Of a DNA stretch of 64,000 nt, positions 27,875 to 36,574 are shown piece after piece. Source of the stretch: a bacterium (lineage in GTDB: Bacteria > Armatimonadota > Zipacnadia > Zipacnadales > Zipacnadaceae); NCBI GenBank assembly GCA_030615605.1, contig JAUWYY010000008.1, positions 26,323 to 90,322 of the forward strand, in the 5' to 3' direction. The position numbers were made by a program, and so were the translations under genes. The notes beneath the pieces were generated by a model that saw only the letters and a list, made by a program, of their open reading frames with translations, was not told the origin of the DNA and did no database searches. Each line of letters begins with the position of its first letter. Positions within the stretch are counted from its first letter, which is position 1.

Positions 27875-27929
27875 CTTGGTAAACAAAACCAGCCACCTCC
27901 CACCCGCGAGGAGATGTAACTGAACAGTG

Positions 27930-28105
27930 CTTGCGCGGCAGTCTCCTGGCTTACGGATCGTCCTACTCTCCGCGCCTTCCCAAAGGCCGATGGCCCTCAG
28001 TGGCTATTTGCGGATTTCGTCACCGTTCACAGTTGCGGGGCAGCGACGGCTTTTCACCGTCTTCCTGCCGGTAGGATCCTGACGGATCCCCTGCACAAGC
28101 TGTCC
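27930..28105 (-). ncRNA. Cobalamin (B12) riboswitch
   Basis: Minus strand GGAAG.CGGTGAAAAGCCG..CTGCCCCGCAACTGT...GCCACTG...GGGAAGG...AGCCAGGAGACTGCC (B12 box); upstream of Btu-like genes. Ends approximate. Confidence 0.93.
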
Positions 28106-28120
28106 TCTTCAATTTGGTGT

Positions 28121-28149
28121 ACTGTAGCATACTTGGCGCACGAAGTCAA
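28121..28149 (-). promoter_or_regulatory. Sigma70 promoter for riboswitch leader
   Basis: Minus strand TTGACT-17 nt-TACAGT with extended TG. Confidence 0.6.
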
Positions 28150-28219
28150 GAGCCCGTGTAGGCACGCCTCTGGCTTGCCTGCAGCGCAGTCTTGTGGTAA
28201 TATGAGGGCAGAGGCTACC

Positions 28220-28645
28220 ATGAACTACACAGTCGGTGTCTTGCTGTCCATAGCTACAGTTGCCGTGATTATCGCCGCGCTTGTCGAGGTGAGCAAATAC
28301 TTCCGGGGCCAGACGATAATCTCCGGTCGCCAGCTTCTGCTGCGTCTGGTCATGGCCGTGCTGCTGCTCGCCATTATCGGCCTCGGTTTTTGGGGAAAGG
28401 TCTATCTGACCAGAAGCCCGGATCCGAAGACGGTGGCCATCGCAGTTGGCCTGGCGATTGTGATGATTGTTGCAGTAGTGGTGCTGGCGCTGTTGGATTT
28501 GCGGCAGGTCATGGCTGCTCAACATCGATCGCGCGCTGAGCTGTATCAGCGTCTAGCCGATATGCGCCGGGAACTGGAGGAGCTCACCAACAAAGCCAAA
28601 CAGGGCCAGGATAAGACTGAGCAAGACCCCAAGACTGAGTCGTGA
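28220..28645 (+). CDS. Membrane protein (3 TM + coiled coil), hypothetical
   Basis: Three hydrophobic segments; overlaps ribD start (GTGA). Confidence 0.7.
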   Translation: MNYTVGVLLSIATVAVIIAALVEVSKYFRGQTIISGRQLLLRLVMAVLLLAIIGLGFWGKVYLTRSPDPKTVAIAVGLAIVMIVAVVVLALLDLRQVMAAQHRSRAELYQRLADMRRELEELTNKAKQGQDKTEQDPKTES

Positions 28646-29772
28646 CTACCTCTGTTCGTGATCTGAAATATATGAAGCGGGCTTTGGCGCTGGCCAAGCG
28701 CGGTCTGGGGCGGACTTCTCCTAATCCCGCGGTCGGGGCGGTGTTGGTCGCGAATGACGAGATAACAGGAGAGGGCTTCCACCGGGCGGCAGGTGAGTCG
28801 CACGCCGAGATTGTAGCTCTCGAGGACGCGGGTCAGTGGGCGGCGGGAGCCGAACTGTACGTTACACTGGAGCCTTGTTCGACTCAGGGTCGGACTCCCC
28901 CGTGTACTGATGCCATAATTGCCGCTGGCATCAGCCGCGTGGTTTACGCATGCGAAGACTGTGACCCAGCTAACGCCGGTCGCGCTGACCAGGTACTGTC
29001 GGCTGCCGGGATTGAGACTCTGGCTGGACCACTGGAAGACGAAGCTCGCCAGCTCAATGAAGCATTCTTCAAACACAACAGCACTGGATATCCTTTTGTA
29101 ACGGTCAAACTGGCCTGCACGCTGGATGGCAAAATCGCCACCCGCAGCGGCGATGCCCGGTGGATAACAGGTGAAGAAGGCCGCCAGTTTGTTCATATCC
29201 TGCGCGATCGCAGCGATGCAGTTATGATCGGCCGGGGCACGGTGGCCGACGACGACCCGGCCTTGACCACGCGCACAGACCAGGCCGACAGCCGCGACGC
29301 AGTACGGGTGGTGGTGGATACCCGCGCGCAGACGCCGCCCACCGCTCAGGTCATCACTGTGCAGAGTGACGCGCCCTGCCTAATCGCGGTGGCTGAGCCG
29401 GAGGTGGGCGGCGATGAAGCCCAGAAACGGGTAGCAAAATTGCAGCAGGCTGGCGCGGAGATTATCCGGGTGCCGGAAAAAGATGGCAGAGTAGAACTGA
29501 GAGAACTGATGCGCCAACTGGGCAGCCGCGACATAATGTCGGTACTGGTGGAGGGCGGCTCACGTCTGGTTGGAGGACTGGTGGAAGAGGGGTTGGTTGA
29601 TAAATTTCTCTTCTTCTACGCGCCCAAGCTTCTGGGCGACGAGCAGGCCGTCAGTGCAATTAGTGGAATGAAAGCACAGAACATTTCCGATGCTCGCAGT
29701 GTCCACATTCACCGCGTCGAGCAGATCGGCGAAGATATACTGGTGACTGCATACCTATGTTCACCGGACTAA
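28642..29772 (+). CDS. ribD: Riboflavin biosynthesis deaminase/reductase
   Basis: PNPAVG, HAE, TLEPC...TPPC, LDGKIA, VEGG. Confidence 0.96.
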   Translation: MTTSVRDLKYMKRALALAKRGLGRTSPNPAVGAVLVANDEITGEGFHRAAGESHAEIVALEDAGQWAAGAELYVTLEPCSTQGRTPPCTDAIIAAGISRVVYACEDCDPANAGRADQVLSAAGIETLAGPLEDEARQLNEAFFKHNSTGYPFVTVKLACTLDGKIATRSGDARWITGEEGRQFVHILRDRSDAVMIGRGTVADDDPALTTRTDQADSRDAVRVVVDTRAQTPPTAQVITVQSDAPCLIAVAEPEVGGDEAQKRVAKLQQAGAEIIRVPEKDGRVELRELMRQLGSRDIMSVLVEGGSRLVGGLVEEGLVDKFLFFYAPKLLGDEQAVSAISGMKAQNISDARSVHIHRVEQIGEDILVTAYLCSPD

Positions 29773-30404
29773 TTGAAGAAGTTGGCCAGGTAGCAGCGAC
29801 CTCGCCGGCAGGCGACGGGCTGAGTCTGCTCGTTGAGGCACCCACCGTTGGCGCCGAGTGTGCGGTCGGCGACAGCATGGCCGTCAACGGCGTCTGCTTG
29901 ACGGTCGAGCAGGTGACCGGCAGTCGGCTCGAGTTCCACATCGGGGCTGAGACCGTCCAGCGCAGCACGGCGGTTGGCTGGCAGGCCGGCACACCGGTCA
30001 ATCTGGAGCGCGCGCTGACCGCCGGACAGCGGATGGACGGGCATTTCGTGCAGGGGCATGTGGACTGCGTCAGCAAACTGATAAAGCGCGACCCTCCAGC
30101 CAAGACGGTTTACTTCACATTCTCGCTGCCGGCGCCGTGGCGCCCATTTGTCGCCGAGAAGGGTAGCATTGCCGTTGACGGAATAAGCCTGACGATCACT
30201 GGGGTCACTGACGAAGATTTTTCAGTAGCCATCATTCCCTATACGCTTGAGCATACCAACCTGACGCGGCTTTCCGCGGGCGCTCAGATCAATCTCGAGG
30301 TTGATATCATCGCCAAATACGTCTACAATATGCTAAACCCGAGCGACGAAACTCCCGAAAGTACAATTACGAGAGAGTTTCTGAGCGAGCACGGCTTTTG
30401 CTGA
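29757..30404 (+). CDS. ribE: Riboflavin synthase (alpha chain)
   Basis: MFTGLIEE, NGVCLTV, GHFVQGHVD, KGSIAVDGISLT. Confidence 0.96.
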   Translation: MFTGLIEEVGQVAATSPAGDGLSLLVEAPTVGAECAVGDSMAVNGVCLTVEQVTGSRLEFHIGAETVQRSTAVGWQAGTPVNLERALTAGQRMDGHFVQGHVDCVSKLIKRDPPAKTVYFTFSLPAPWRPFVAEKGSIAVDGISLTITGVTDEDFSVAIIPYTLEHTNLTRLSAGAQINLEVDIIAKYVYNMLNPSDETPESTITREFLSEHGFC

Positions 30405-30413
30405 CTGTCACTT

Positions 30414-31631
30414 ATGATTAGCATAGAACAAGCAATCGAGCAGATCAAAGCTGGGCAGTTCCTCATTGTAGTGGATCAGCCCGAGGGCCCCGGCACCGGC
30501 GATCTGGTGCTGGCCGCTGAGCACGTCACTGCCGAGCGGCTGAACTTTATGATGCAGCAGGCCCGCGGGCTGATGGGAATGGCGATGAGCGACGAGCGCC
30601 TGGAGCAACTCAATCTTCCCCTGATGGTCACCGAGCCCAGCGATGACCGGCGGGCCGCCTTCACAGTTTCGGTTGATGCCAAGGCCTGTGTTACCACCGG
30701 CGATTCCGCGGTTGACCGAGCTACTACTATCGGTGTGCTGATTGACCCGAAAACGAAACCAGATGATCTGGCCCGCCCCGGCCACATCTCCCCCGTTCGC
30801 GCCGCCGACGGAGGAGTGCTGCGGCGTACCGGGCACACCGAGGCAGCAGTTGATCTGGCCATTATGGCCGAGCTGCATCCGGCCGGAGTGATAGCAACGA
30901 TTCTCGATGAGCAGGGCCGGGCCGCGGATATGGATGAGCTGGTTGCGTTCAGCCAGACCCATGGCATCGAAATCGTCTCCATCGTTCAGTTGATTGAGCA
31001 TCGCCGCCGCACTGAGAAGCTCATCGAAAAACGTGCCGAGGCCGACTTGCCTACTGAGTATGGCCACTTCCGGCTCGTTGTCTACACTTCGCTGCTGGAC
31101 GATATTGACTATCTGGCAGTCATTAAGGGCGATCTGGCCAGTTATGAACGTCCGCCGCTGGTGCGAGTTCACTCGGGCTGTGTTACCGGTGATGTGCTGG
31201 GCTCGCTGCGCTGCGACTGCGGCGGGCAGATTGCAGCAGCGCTGCAAAAGATTGAAGCCGAAGGCTGCGGCGTGGTTGTCTATATCGCCAGCCACGAAGG
31301 TCGAGGCATCGGCCTGGCTAATAAGATTAGGGCCTATCACCTGCAGGAAGAAGGCTACGATACGGTAGAGGCGAACCAGGCGCTGGGCTTTCCGGCCGAT
31401 ATGCGCAACTACGGATTGGGCGCCCAGGTGCTGGCTGATCTGGGCATCACCGAGATGCGGCTGATGACCAACAATCCGCAAAAATACGCCGCTATGGAAG
31501 GCTACGGTCTGCGCGTGGTCGAACGAGTACCGCTGGAGTCTCGTCCTACTGAGTATAATGAAAAATATCTCCAGACCAAGAGAGAGAAGATGGGGCATCT
31601 GATTGGCGCTGTTGAGCAGGATGAATCGTAG
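30414..31631 (+). CDS. ribBA: RibBA fusion: GTP cyclohydrolase II with degenerate-looking DHBP synthase domain
   Basis: RVHSGC.TGD...RCDCG, EGRGIGL, MTNNP intact; N-terminal RibB fold (RPGH, RTGHTEA) lacks the RENEGD motif. Confidence 0.92.
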   Translation: MISIEQAIEQIKAGQFLIVVDQPEGPGTGDLVLAAEHVTAERLNFMMQQARGLMGMAMSDERLEQLNLPLMVTEPSDDRRAAFTVSVDAKACVTTGDSAVDRATTIGVLIDPKTKPDDLARPGHISPVRAADGGVLRRTGHTEAAVDLAIMAELHPAGVIATILDEQGRAADMDELVAFSQTHGIEIVSIVQLIEHRRRTEKLIEKRAEADLPTEYGHFRLVVYTSLLDDIDYLAVIKGDLASYERPPLVRVHSGCVTGDVLGSLRCDCGGQIAAALQKIEAEGCGVVVYIASHEGRGIGLANKIRAYHLQEEGYDTVEANQALGFPADMRNYGLGAQVLADLGITEMRLMTNNPQKYAAMEGYGLRVVERVPLESRPTEYNEKYLQTKREKMGHLIGAVEQDES

Positions 31632-31651
31632 AATCGGAGAAGGAGAAGATT

Positions 31652-32122
31652 ATGGGTCAGGTAATCGAAGGCAAGCTGGATGCGACCAGTCTGAAGTTTG
31701 CTATTGTGGTCAGCCGCTACAACGGCTTCATCAGCAAGCGGCTGGTTGAGGGCGTAATGGACGGCCTGAGCCGCCACGGAGCAGCCGACGAAGACATTAC
31801 CACGGTCTATGTGCCCGGTTCGTTCGAAATGCCGCTGGCCTGTCTGAAGCTGGCTCAGTCGGGTCGCTACCATGCGGTCATTGCAGTGGGAGCAGTCATT
31901 CGCGGCGCAACCTCACACTTTGAGTTTGTTGCCAGCGAATGCGCCAAGGGTATCGCTCAAGCAGGCTTGCAGACGGGTGTCCCAGTCATCTTTGGCGTGG
32001 TGACTGCCGAGACTATCGAGCAGGCCATCGAACGGGCCGGCACCAAGCTGCCCAACCGCGGCTTCGAGGCGGCCATGACCGCCATCGAGCAGGTAAACAC
32101 GCTCAAGTCAATACCCGACTAA
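31652..32122 (+). CDS. ribH: 6,7-dimethyl-8-ribityllumazine synthase
   Basis: [22 protein letters not shown]...QAIERAG. Confidence 0.96.
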   Translation: MGQVIEGKLDATSLKFAIVVSRYNGFISKRLVEGVMDGLSRHGAADEDITTVYVPGSFEMPLACLKLAQSGRYHAVIAVGAVIRGATSHFEFVASECAKGIAQAGLQTGVPVIFGVVTAETIEQAIERAGTKLPNRGFEAAMTAIEQVNTLKSIPD

Positions 32123-32131
32123 AGAGGTGTT

Positions 32132-33253
32132 GTGATGGCGCGCAGTAGAGGTTTGAGCGTGTTAGCTGTAGTTGTGGTGGCGCTGATCTTTGGGCTGGTC
32201 GGCGGCGGCATCGGGACGTATGTGGTTATGAATAGTACGCCGTCGGCGATTCCGCCCAGCCCCCAGCCGCCCCCTCCCCAGCCACAACCTGTCAAGGTGA
32301 TTTCCGAAGACGAGGCTGTGATTGAGGCGGCACAGAAGGTCAGCCGCGGTGTCGTCAAAATCACCTCCACGCACCTCATTGAGCCTTCTGGCTCCTTTTT
32401 CCGCTCGCCGCCCCGTGAGCAGAAAGGTGTGGGGTCGGGCTTTGTCTTCGAATATGGCGGGAAGAAGTTGATCCTGACCAATACCCATGTCATCGGCGGG
32501 GCCGACCGGCTGGTTGTGAAGACTGTGGACGGTGATCAGTTCGATGCTAAGAAGCTGGGCGCCGATCCCGTCCACGATATTGCAGTAATCGAGCCAGTTG
32601 ATGCCCCCAGAGCGCTCGTAGCCTTGCCGCTGGGCAATTCGGCCCAGGTGCGAGTCGGGCAGAAAGTTATTGCTGTGGGCAATCCCTTTGATTTCGATAA
32701 TACAGTTACTGCTGGTATTGTCAGCGCCAAAGGCCCGCGCGAGATACGAGGTAAGAGGCGCGAGGTCATTCAGACCGACGCGGCCATCAACACCGGCAAT
32801 AGCGGTGGGCCGCTGGTGGACCTGGGCGGCAACGTCATCGGCATTAACTTTGCCATTTTCAGCCCGACCAAAACCAGTCTGGGTATCGGCTTTGCCATTC
32901 CCATAGATCAGGCCAAGGAGATGATGTACTTCCTGGTGAATCGGGGGCCGTGGGTGGGCCTGCTCAATGTACTGACGAACAGTCCGGGGCTGGCTCGCTA
33001 CCTGCAGATAGGCACCGATAAGGGCCTGGTGGTGATAGCCGTGGCCGAAGGCAGCCCCGCTGCGCGAGCTGGGATTGAGCCGGGCGATGTGATTCTGGAA
33101 GTTGACAGCCAGGTTGTGACGAACACAGACGAGCTTCAGAAGCAGATCCGCAGCCACAAGATTGGCGACATTATAGAACTGACTGTGCAAAAAGCCAGCG
33201 AACTACGGCAAGTCCAGATGAAGGCCGGCACAATCCCCGAAGGGTACTATTGA
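32132..33253 (+). CDS. HtrA/DegS-like serine protease with one PDZ domain
   Basis: N-terminal TM, GSGF, TNTHV, DIAV, QTDAAINTGNSGGP, C-terminal PDZ. Confidence 0.93.
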   Translation: MMARSRGLSVLAVVVVALIFGLVGGGIGTYVVMNSTPSAIPPSPQPPPPQPQPVKVISEDEAVIEAAQKVSRGVVKITSTHLIEPSGSFFRSPPREQKGVGSGFVFEYGGKKLILTNTHVIGGADRLVVKTVDGDQFDAKKLGADPVHDIAVIEPVDAPRALVALPLGNSAQVRVGQKVIAVGNPFDFDNTVTAGIVSAKGPREIRGKRREVIQTDAAINTGNSGGPLVDLGGNVIGINFAIFSPTKTSLGIGFAIPIDQAKEMMYFLVNRGPWVGLLNVLTNSPGLARYLQIGTDKGLVVIAVAEGSPAARAGIEPGDVILEVDSQVVTNTDELQKQIRSHKIGDIIELTVQKASELRQVQMKAGTIPEGYY

Positions 33254-33278
33254 GCTTGTAATCTCCCCTGATCTATTA

Positions 33279-34412
33279 TTGTGCCTGCCGGGAGGCGTCA
33301 GTTCACGCAATACCGGCAAGATGGTAACTGCATTGGGCTTTGGCGCGATGCGTCTGCCCGACGACGAGGACTATGCCGTAGAAGTCATGCGACATTACCT
33401 CGACCTGGGCGGAAACCTGATTGACACCGCCCGCGTCTACGGCAACAGCGAGGAGCTCGTGGGCCGGGCTATCCAGAGTCGCCGCGACCAGGTCCACCTT
33501 TCCACCAATAATCATTCCATGGAGCAAGGAGAATACAGTCCCGACCTGTGGAAGCAGTATATGGAAGAAAGCTTTGAGGCTTTGGGGGTAGATCGGATAG
33601 ATTTCTATCACGCCCACCTCGTGACCTGGGAGCAGATTTCTGGCTCGTTTCAGGAGCCGGATGGCCCCCTGGAGATCTGTCAACAGGCCCTGGATGAGGG
33701 GATGATCGGTCACCTGTGCTTCTCGTCCCACGACAGCCCAGAGAATATCATGAAGATTATCGATACAGGCTTCTTCGACGGAATGATTGTGCAGTACAAC
33801 ATCCTGGATAGTCTACAGGCCTTTGGCGCACATGGTCACAAGCGGGGTACCAGCAACGAGCCAGCCATTGCTCATGCCCATGAGAACGATATGGGCGTTA
33901 TGATAATGGGGCCGGTGGCCGGCGGCCGCCTGATGATGGGTGATCCGGAGCAGTTGCAGCAGATGCTCAGCGAAACCACCACCAGCATCCCCGACTTGGC
34001 CCTACGCTATGTGCTGGCCAATCCTGGTGTCAGCGCGGTGCTTTCGGGAATGAATACGATTGAGATGGTGGAGGAGAACCTGGCCTCAGCCAGCCACGAG
34101 CACCCACTGACCGAAGCCGAATACGAAGATATAAATGAGATGATCCAGCGCTACGAGAAGCTGGCTGATCTCTATTGTACCGGCTGTAAGTACTGTCTGC
34201 CGTGCCCCCAGGAGATGAATATCTCCAAAATATTCGAGGCGATGAACTACCATCGCGTCTGGGGGCTGACCGAACATGCCCGCAGCATCTACCAGAGCAT
34301 TGACCCCAATGCGGAGGCCTGTGTAGAATGTGGGCAGTGCGAGGAGCAGTGTCCGCAGAATATTCCCATAATTGAGCAACTGAAAGAGAGTCACGCCGCG
34401 CTCAGTGAATAG
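33279..34412 (+). CDS. Aldo/keto reductase with C-terminal 4Fe-4S dicluster
   Basis: LGFGAMRLP, IDTARVYG.SE, CTGCKYCLPCP...CVECGQCEEQCP. Start uncertain (ATG 33321 possible). Confidence 0.88.
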   Translation: MCLPGGVSSRNTGKMVTALGFGAMRLPDDEDYAVEVMRHYLDLGGNLIDTARVYGNSEELVGRAIQSRRDQVHLSTNNHSMEQGEYSPDLWKQYMEESFEALGVDRIDFYHAHLVTWEQISGSFQEPDGPLEICQQALDEGMIGHLCFSSHDSPENIMKIIDTGFFDGMIVQYNILDSLQAFGAHGHKRGTSNEPAIAHAHENDMGVMIMGPVAGGRLMMGDPEQLQQMLSETTTSIPDLALRYVLANPGVSAVLSGMNTIEMVEENLASASHEHPLTEAEYEDINEMIQRYEKLADLYCTGCKYCLPCPQEMNISKIFEAMNYHRVWGLTEHARSIYQSIDPNAEACVECGQCEEQCPQNIPIIEQLKESHAALSE

Positions 34413-34463
34413 TGCTGCTACCGGCTAATCAAATATTCTGGAATAGCAGCCAAGCAAGCGGCT

Positions 34464-34514
34464 ATGGAATATGTAAGATTCGGCAACAGCGGCATGCAGG
34501 TTCCCCGGCTATGA
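34464..34514 (+). pseudogene. N-terminal remnant of an aldo/keto reductase
   Basis: MEYVRFGNSGMQVPRL* resembles the AKR start MEYxxFGxSGxxVSRL, then stops. Confidence 0.55.
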
Positions 34515-34565
34515 TCTATGAACACTTGTTCCCCATCCACCATCTACTGCACAAGCGGTCGGGGG

Positions 34566-35492
34566 TCAACGCGGCGACCACACCGGCCAGGACTCCTTGG
34601 CCGAGGTATTTGTAAGATTGGTTCGCCCAGTGCCGTCAGCGTTCATCACGTAGATTTCGTACGGTGCCACCCGGCTGCTCTGGAAGGCAATCCTGGTGCC
34701 ATCGGGCGACCACGTTGGGGTCAAGTCCGACGGAGGGGCGCCATTTGTAAGATTGACCGGATCGCTGCCGCCAGCATCCATCACGTAGATATCGTAATAG
34801 TAGCTGTCGGCTTCTCTCCTACTGAAGGCAATCTCAGTGCCGTCGGGCGACCAGGCCGGAGCTGATTCCACCGCTGAGCTATTGGTAAGCCGGGTTGGAC
34901 TGGCACCGTCAGCACGCATTACGTAGATCTCAGCGTCCCCGTCGCGTTCGCTGGTGAAGGCAATCTGAGTGCCATCAGGAGACCACGCCGCGTACAAGTC
35001 CCGCGCCGGGTCGTTGGTAAGGTTGACTTGTCCGGTGCCATCGGCGTTCATTACCCGGATCTCATAGTCACCGGTGAGGTCGCTCTGGAAGGCAATCCTG
35101 GTACCGTCGGGCGACCAGGCCGGCGCTGAGTTCAACGCCGAGTTATTGGTGAGCCGGGTTGGGTCGCTGCCATCGGTACCCATCACGTAGATCTCGGAGT
35201 TGCCGTCGCGGTCGCTTCGGAAGGCAATCTTGGTGCCGTCGGGCGACCACGCCGGGGTTGCGTCCAGGGCCGGATTGTTGGTAAGATTGGTCTGGCCACT
35301 GCCGTCGGTATCCATCAAATAGATTTCGTGGTTGCCGTCACGGGTGGTGCAGAAGGCAATCTTACCGGTTACGGAGGAGGGCGCATCACCCACGAGGGGG
35401 GCCATGGAAGGGCCTCCGCCACACCCAGTAACCAGCAGAATGAACGCCAGCACTCCTACAAGAATTACACTGCGTTGCTGATAGTTTCTCAT
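34566..35492 (-). CDS. TolB-like beta-propeller lipoprotein (PD40/WD40-like repeats)
   Basis: Lipobox LLVTGC; repeated PAWSPDGT.IAF.S.RDG..EIYVM units. Confidence 0.92.
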   Translation of the reverse strand: MRNYQQRSVILVGVLAFILLVTGCGGGPSMAPLVGDAPSSVTGKIAFCTTRDGNHEIYLMDTDGSGQTNLTNNPALDATPAWSPDGTKIAFRSDRDGNSEIYVMGTDGSDPTRLTNNSALNSAPAWSPDGTRIAFQSDLTGDYEIRVMNADGTGQVNLTNDPARDLYAAWSPDGTQIAFTSERDGDAEIYVMRADGASPTRLTNSSAVESAPAWSPDGTEIAFSRREADSYYYDIYVMDAGGSDPVNLTNGAPPSDLTPTWSPDGTRIAFQSSRVAPYEIYVMNADGTGRTNLTNTSAKESWPVWSPR

Positions 35493-36007
35493 CACGTGCC
35501 TCCTATCATTTACTTGCGCTGTGCAGCTTGTCATCACGGCGATTTGCTTGTACAAAAGAAAATGCCGTCTGGGGAGCGGCGCGTGTTGCGCCTGCCCCCC
35601 AAACGGCATAAACTGTAGTTTCAAACTGGCCTAAGGCTGATTTGGTGGCAGTTCCAAGAACTGCCCGCTAACCAGTTTGACAGTTATCTGTCAATTGTGG
35701 CAAGAATGTTAACATATTACCCACAAATTGTCAAAATAAACCCAAGTACACCAGGAAAATGCACTGCCGTGGTGGGAGGTTTCTATAGGGTGGAAAGTCT
35801 GGTACACCAATTGCAGATAGATAATACAGGGACATTGGCGACACAGATGAGAATGGGGCCTGCCCAGGTGGAGGATAGCTGAGGAGAGGGCATCACTCGC
35901 ATCGCGAATGGCACGCAGAGCAGAAGGGCTGGCCCGCCAGCGGCGCCCACCTGTCCTGCAAAGCGCCCTGCCCGGGAATTCACAACTTGAACGGAGGTGC
36001 AGTTGGA

Positions 36008-36418
36008 ATGGTGCGACTATTCGGTAGTACCATAACGGTAGTGGTTGTTGTTGGTCTCGTAGTGGGATTGGTAGGGTGCGGCGGAGAAGGAGCCAACGCC
36101 GGGACGGCGAAGGGATATGTGTACGAGCTCGAGGCAGGCGGCACGGCACTAAGCGCAGAACCACCTCCCATAATCATCAGTGCCAGCTCGACGCCGCCGG
36201 AAGGCTATGTGCCGGCTGTCGGCGCGGTGGTTACTCTCGGCGAGGAAATTGTCACCACTAACTCGCTGGGATTCTATGCACTCTACAATCTGCCGCCTGG
36301 CGAGTACGAACTGGAAGTTGACATAGACGACGACGGGGTAGTGGACATAGCGGTGACGATAACGATCATAGCCGGGGAAACCACCTGGGGCGACGACCAC
36401 GATGAGGGTGGCGACTAA
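36008..36418 (+). CDS. Lipoprotein with carboxypeptidase-regulatory-like (Cna-B) domain
   Basis: Lipobox LVGC; GAVVTL...TTNSLGFY.L.NLPPGEYEL. Confidence 0.75.
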   Translation: MVRLFGSTITVVVVVGLVVGLVGCGGEGANAGTAKGYVYELEAGGTALSAEPPPIIISASSTPPEGYVPAVGAVVTLGEEIVTTNSLGFYALYNLPPGEYELEVDIDDDGVVDIAVTITIIAGETTWGDDHDEGGD

Positions 36419-36574
36419 AGCTTGCCTGGCCACAGTTAATGTTCTGCATTTGAGGCGGACAGCCACGGTGTGTATGTGGCTGGCAATCGGTGCGGACGCT
36501 CTCTAGTCTGCGGGACGGCCAGAGGTCTAGCAAATCGGTGGCATTCCTTCTCACCGCAAAGGGGGGGCAGCCTC

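Noticed and set aside
28150-28641. FMN riboswitch before the rib operon
   Set aside because: No RFN consensus seen; the space is occupied by a membrane-protein gene.
34566-35340. Internal DNA repeats as a mobile or regulatory array
   Set aside because: Explained by PD40 propeller repeats of the encoded protein.
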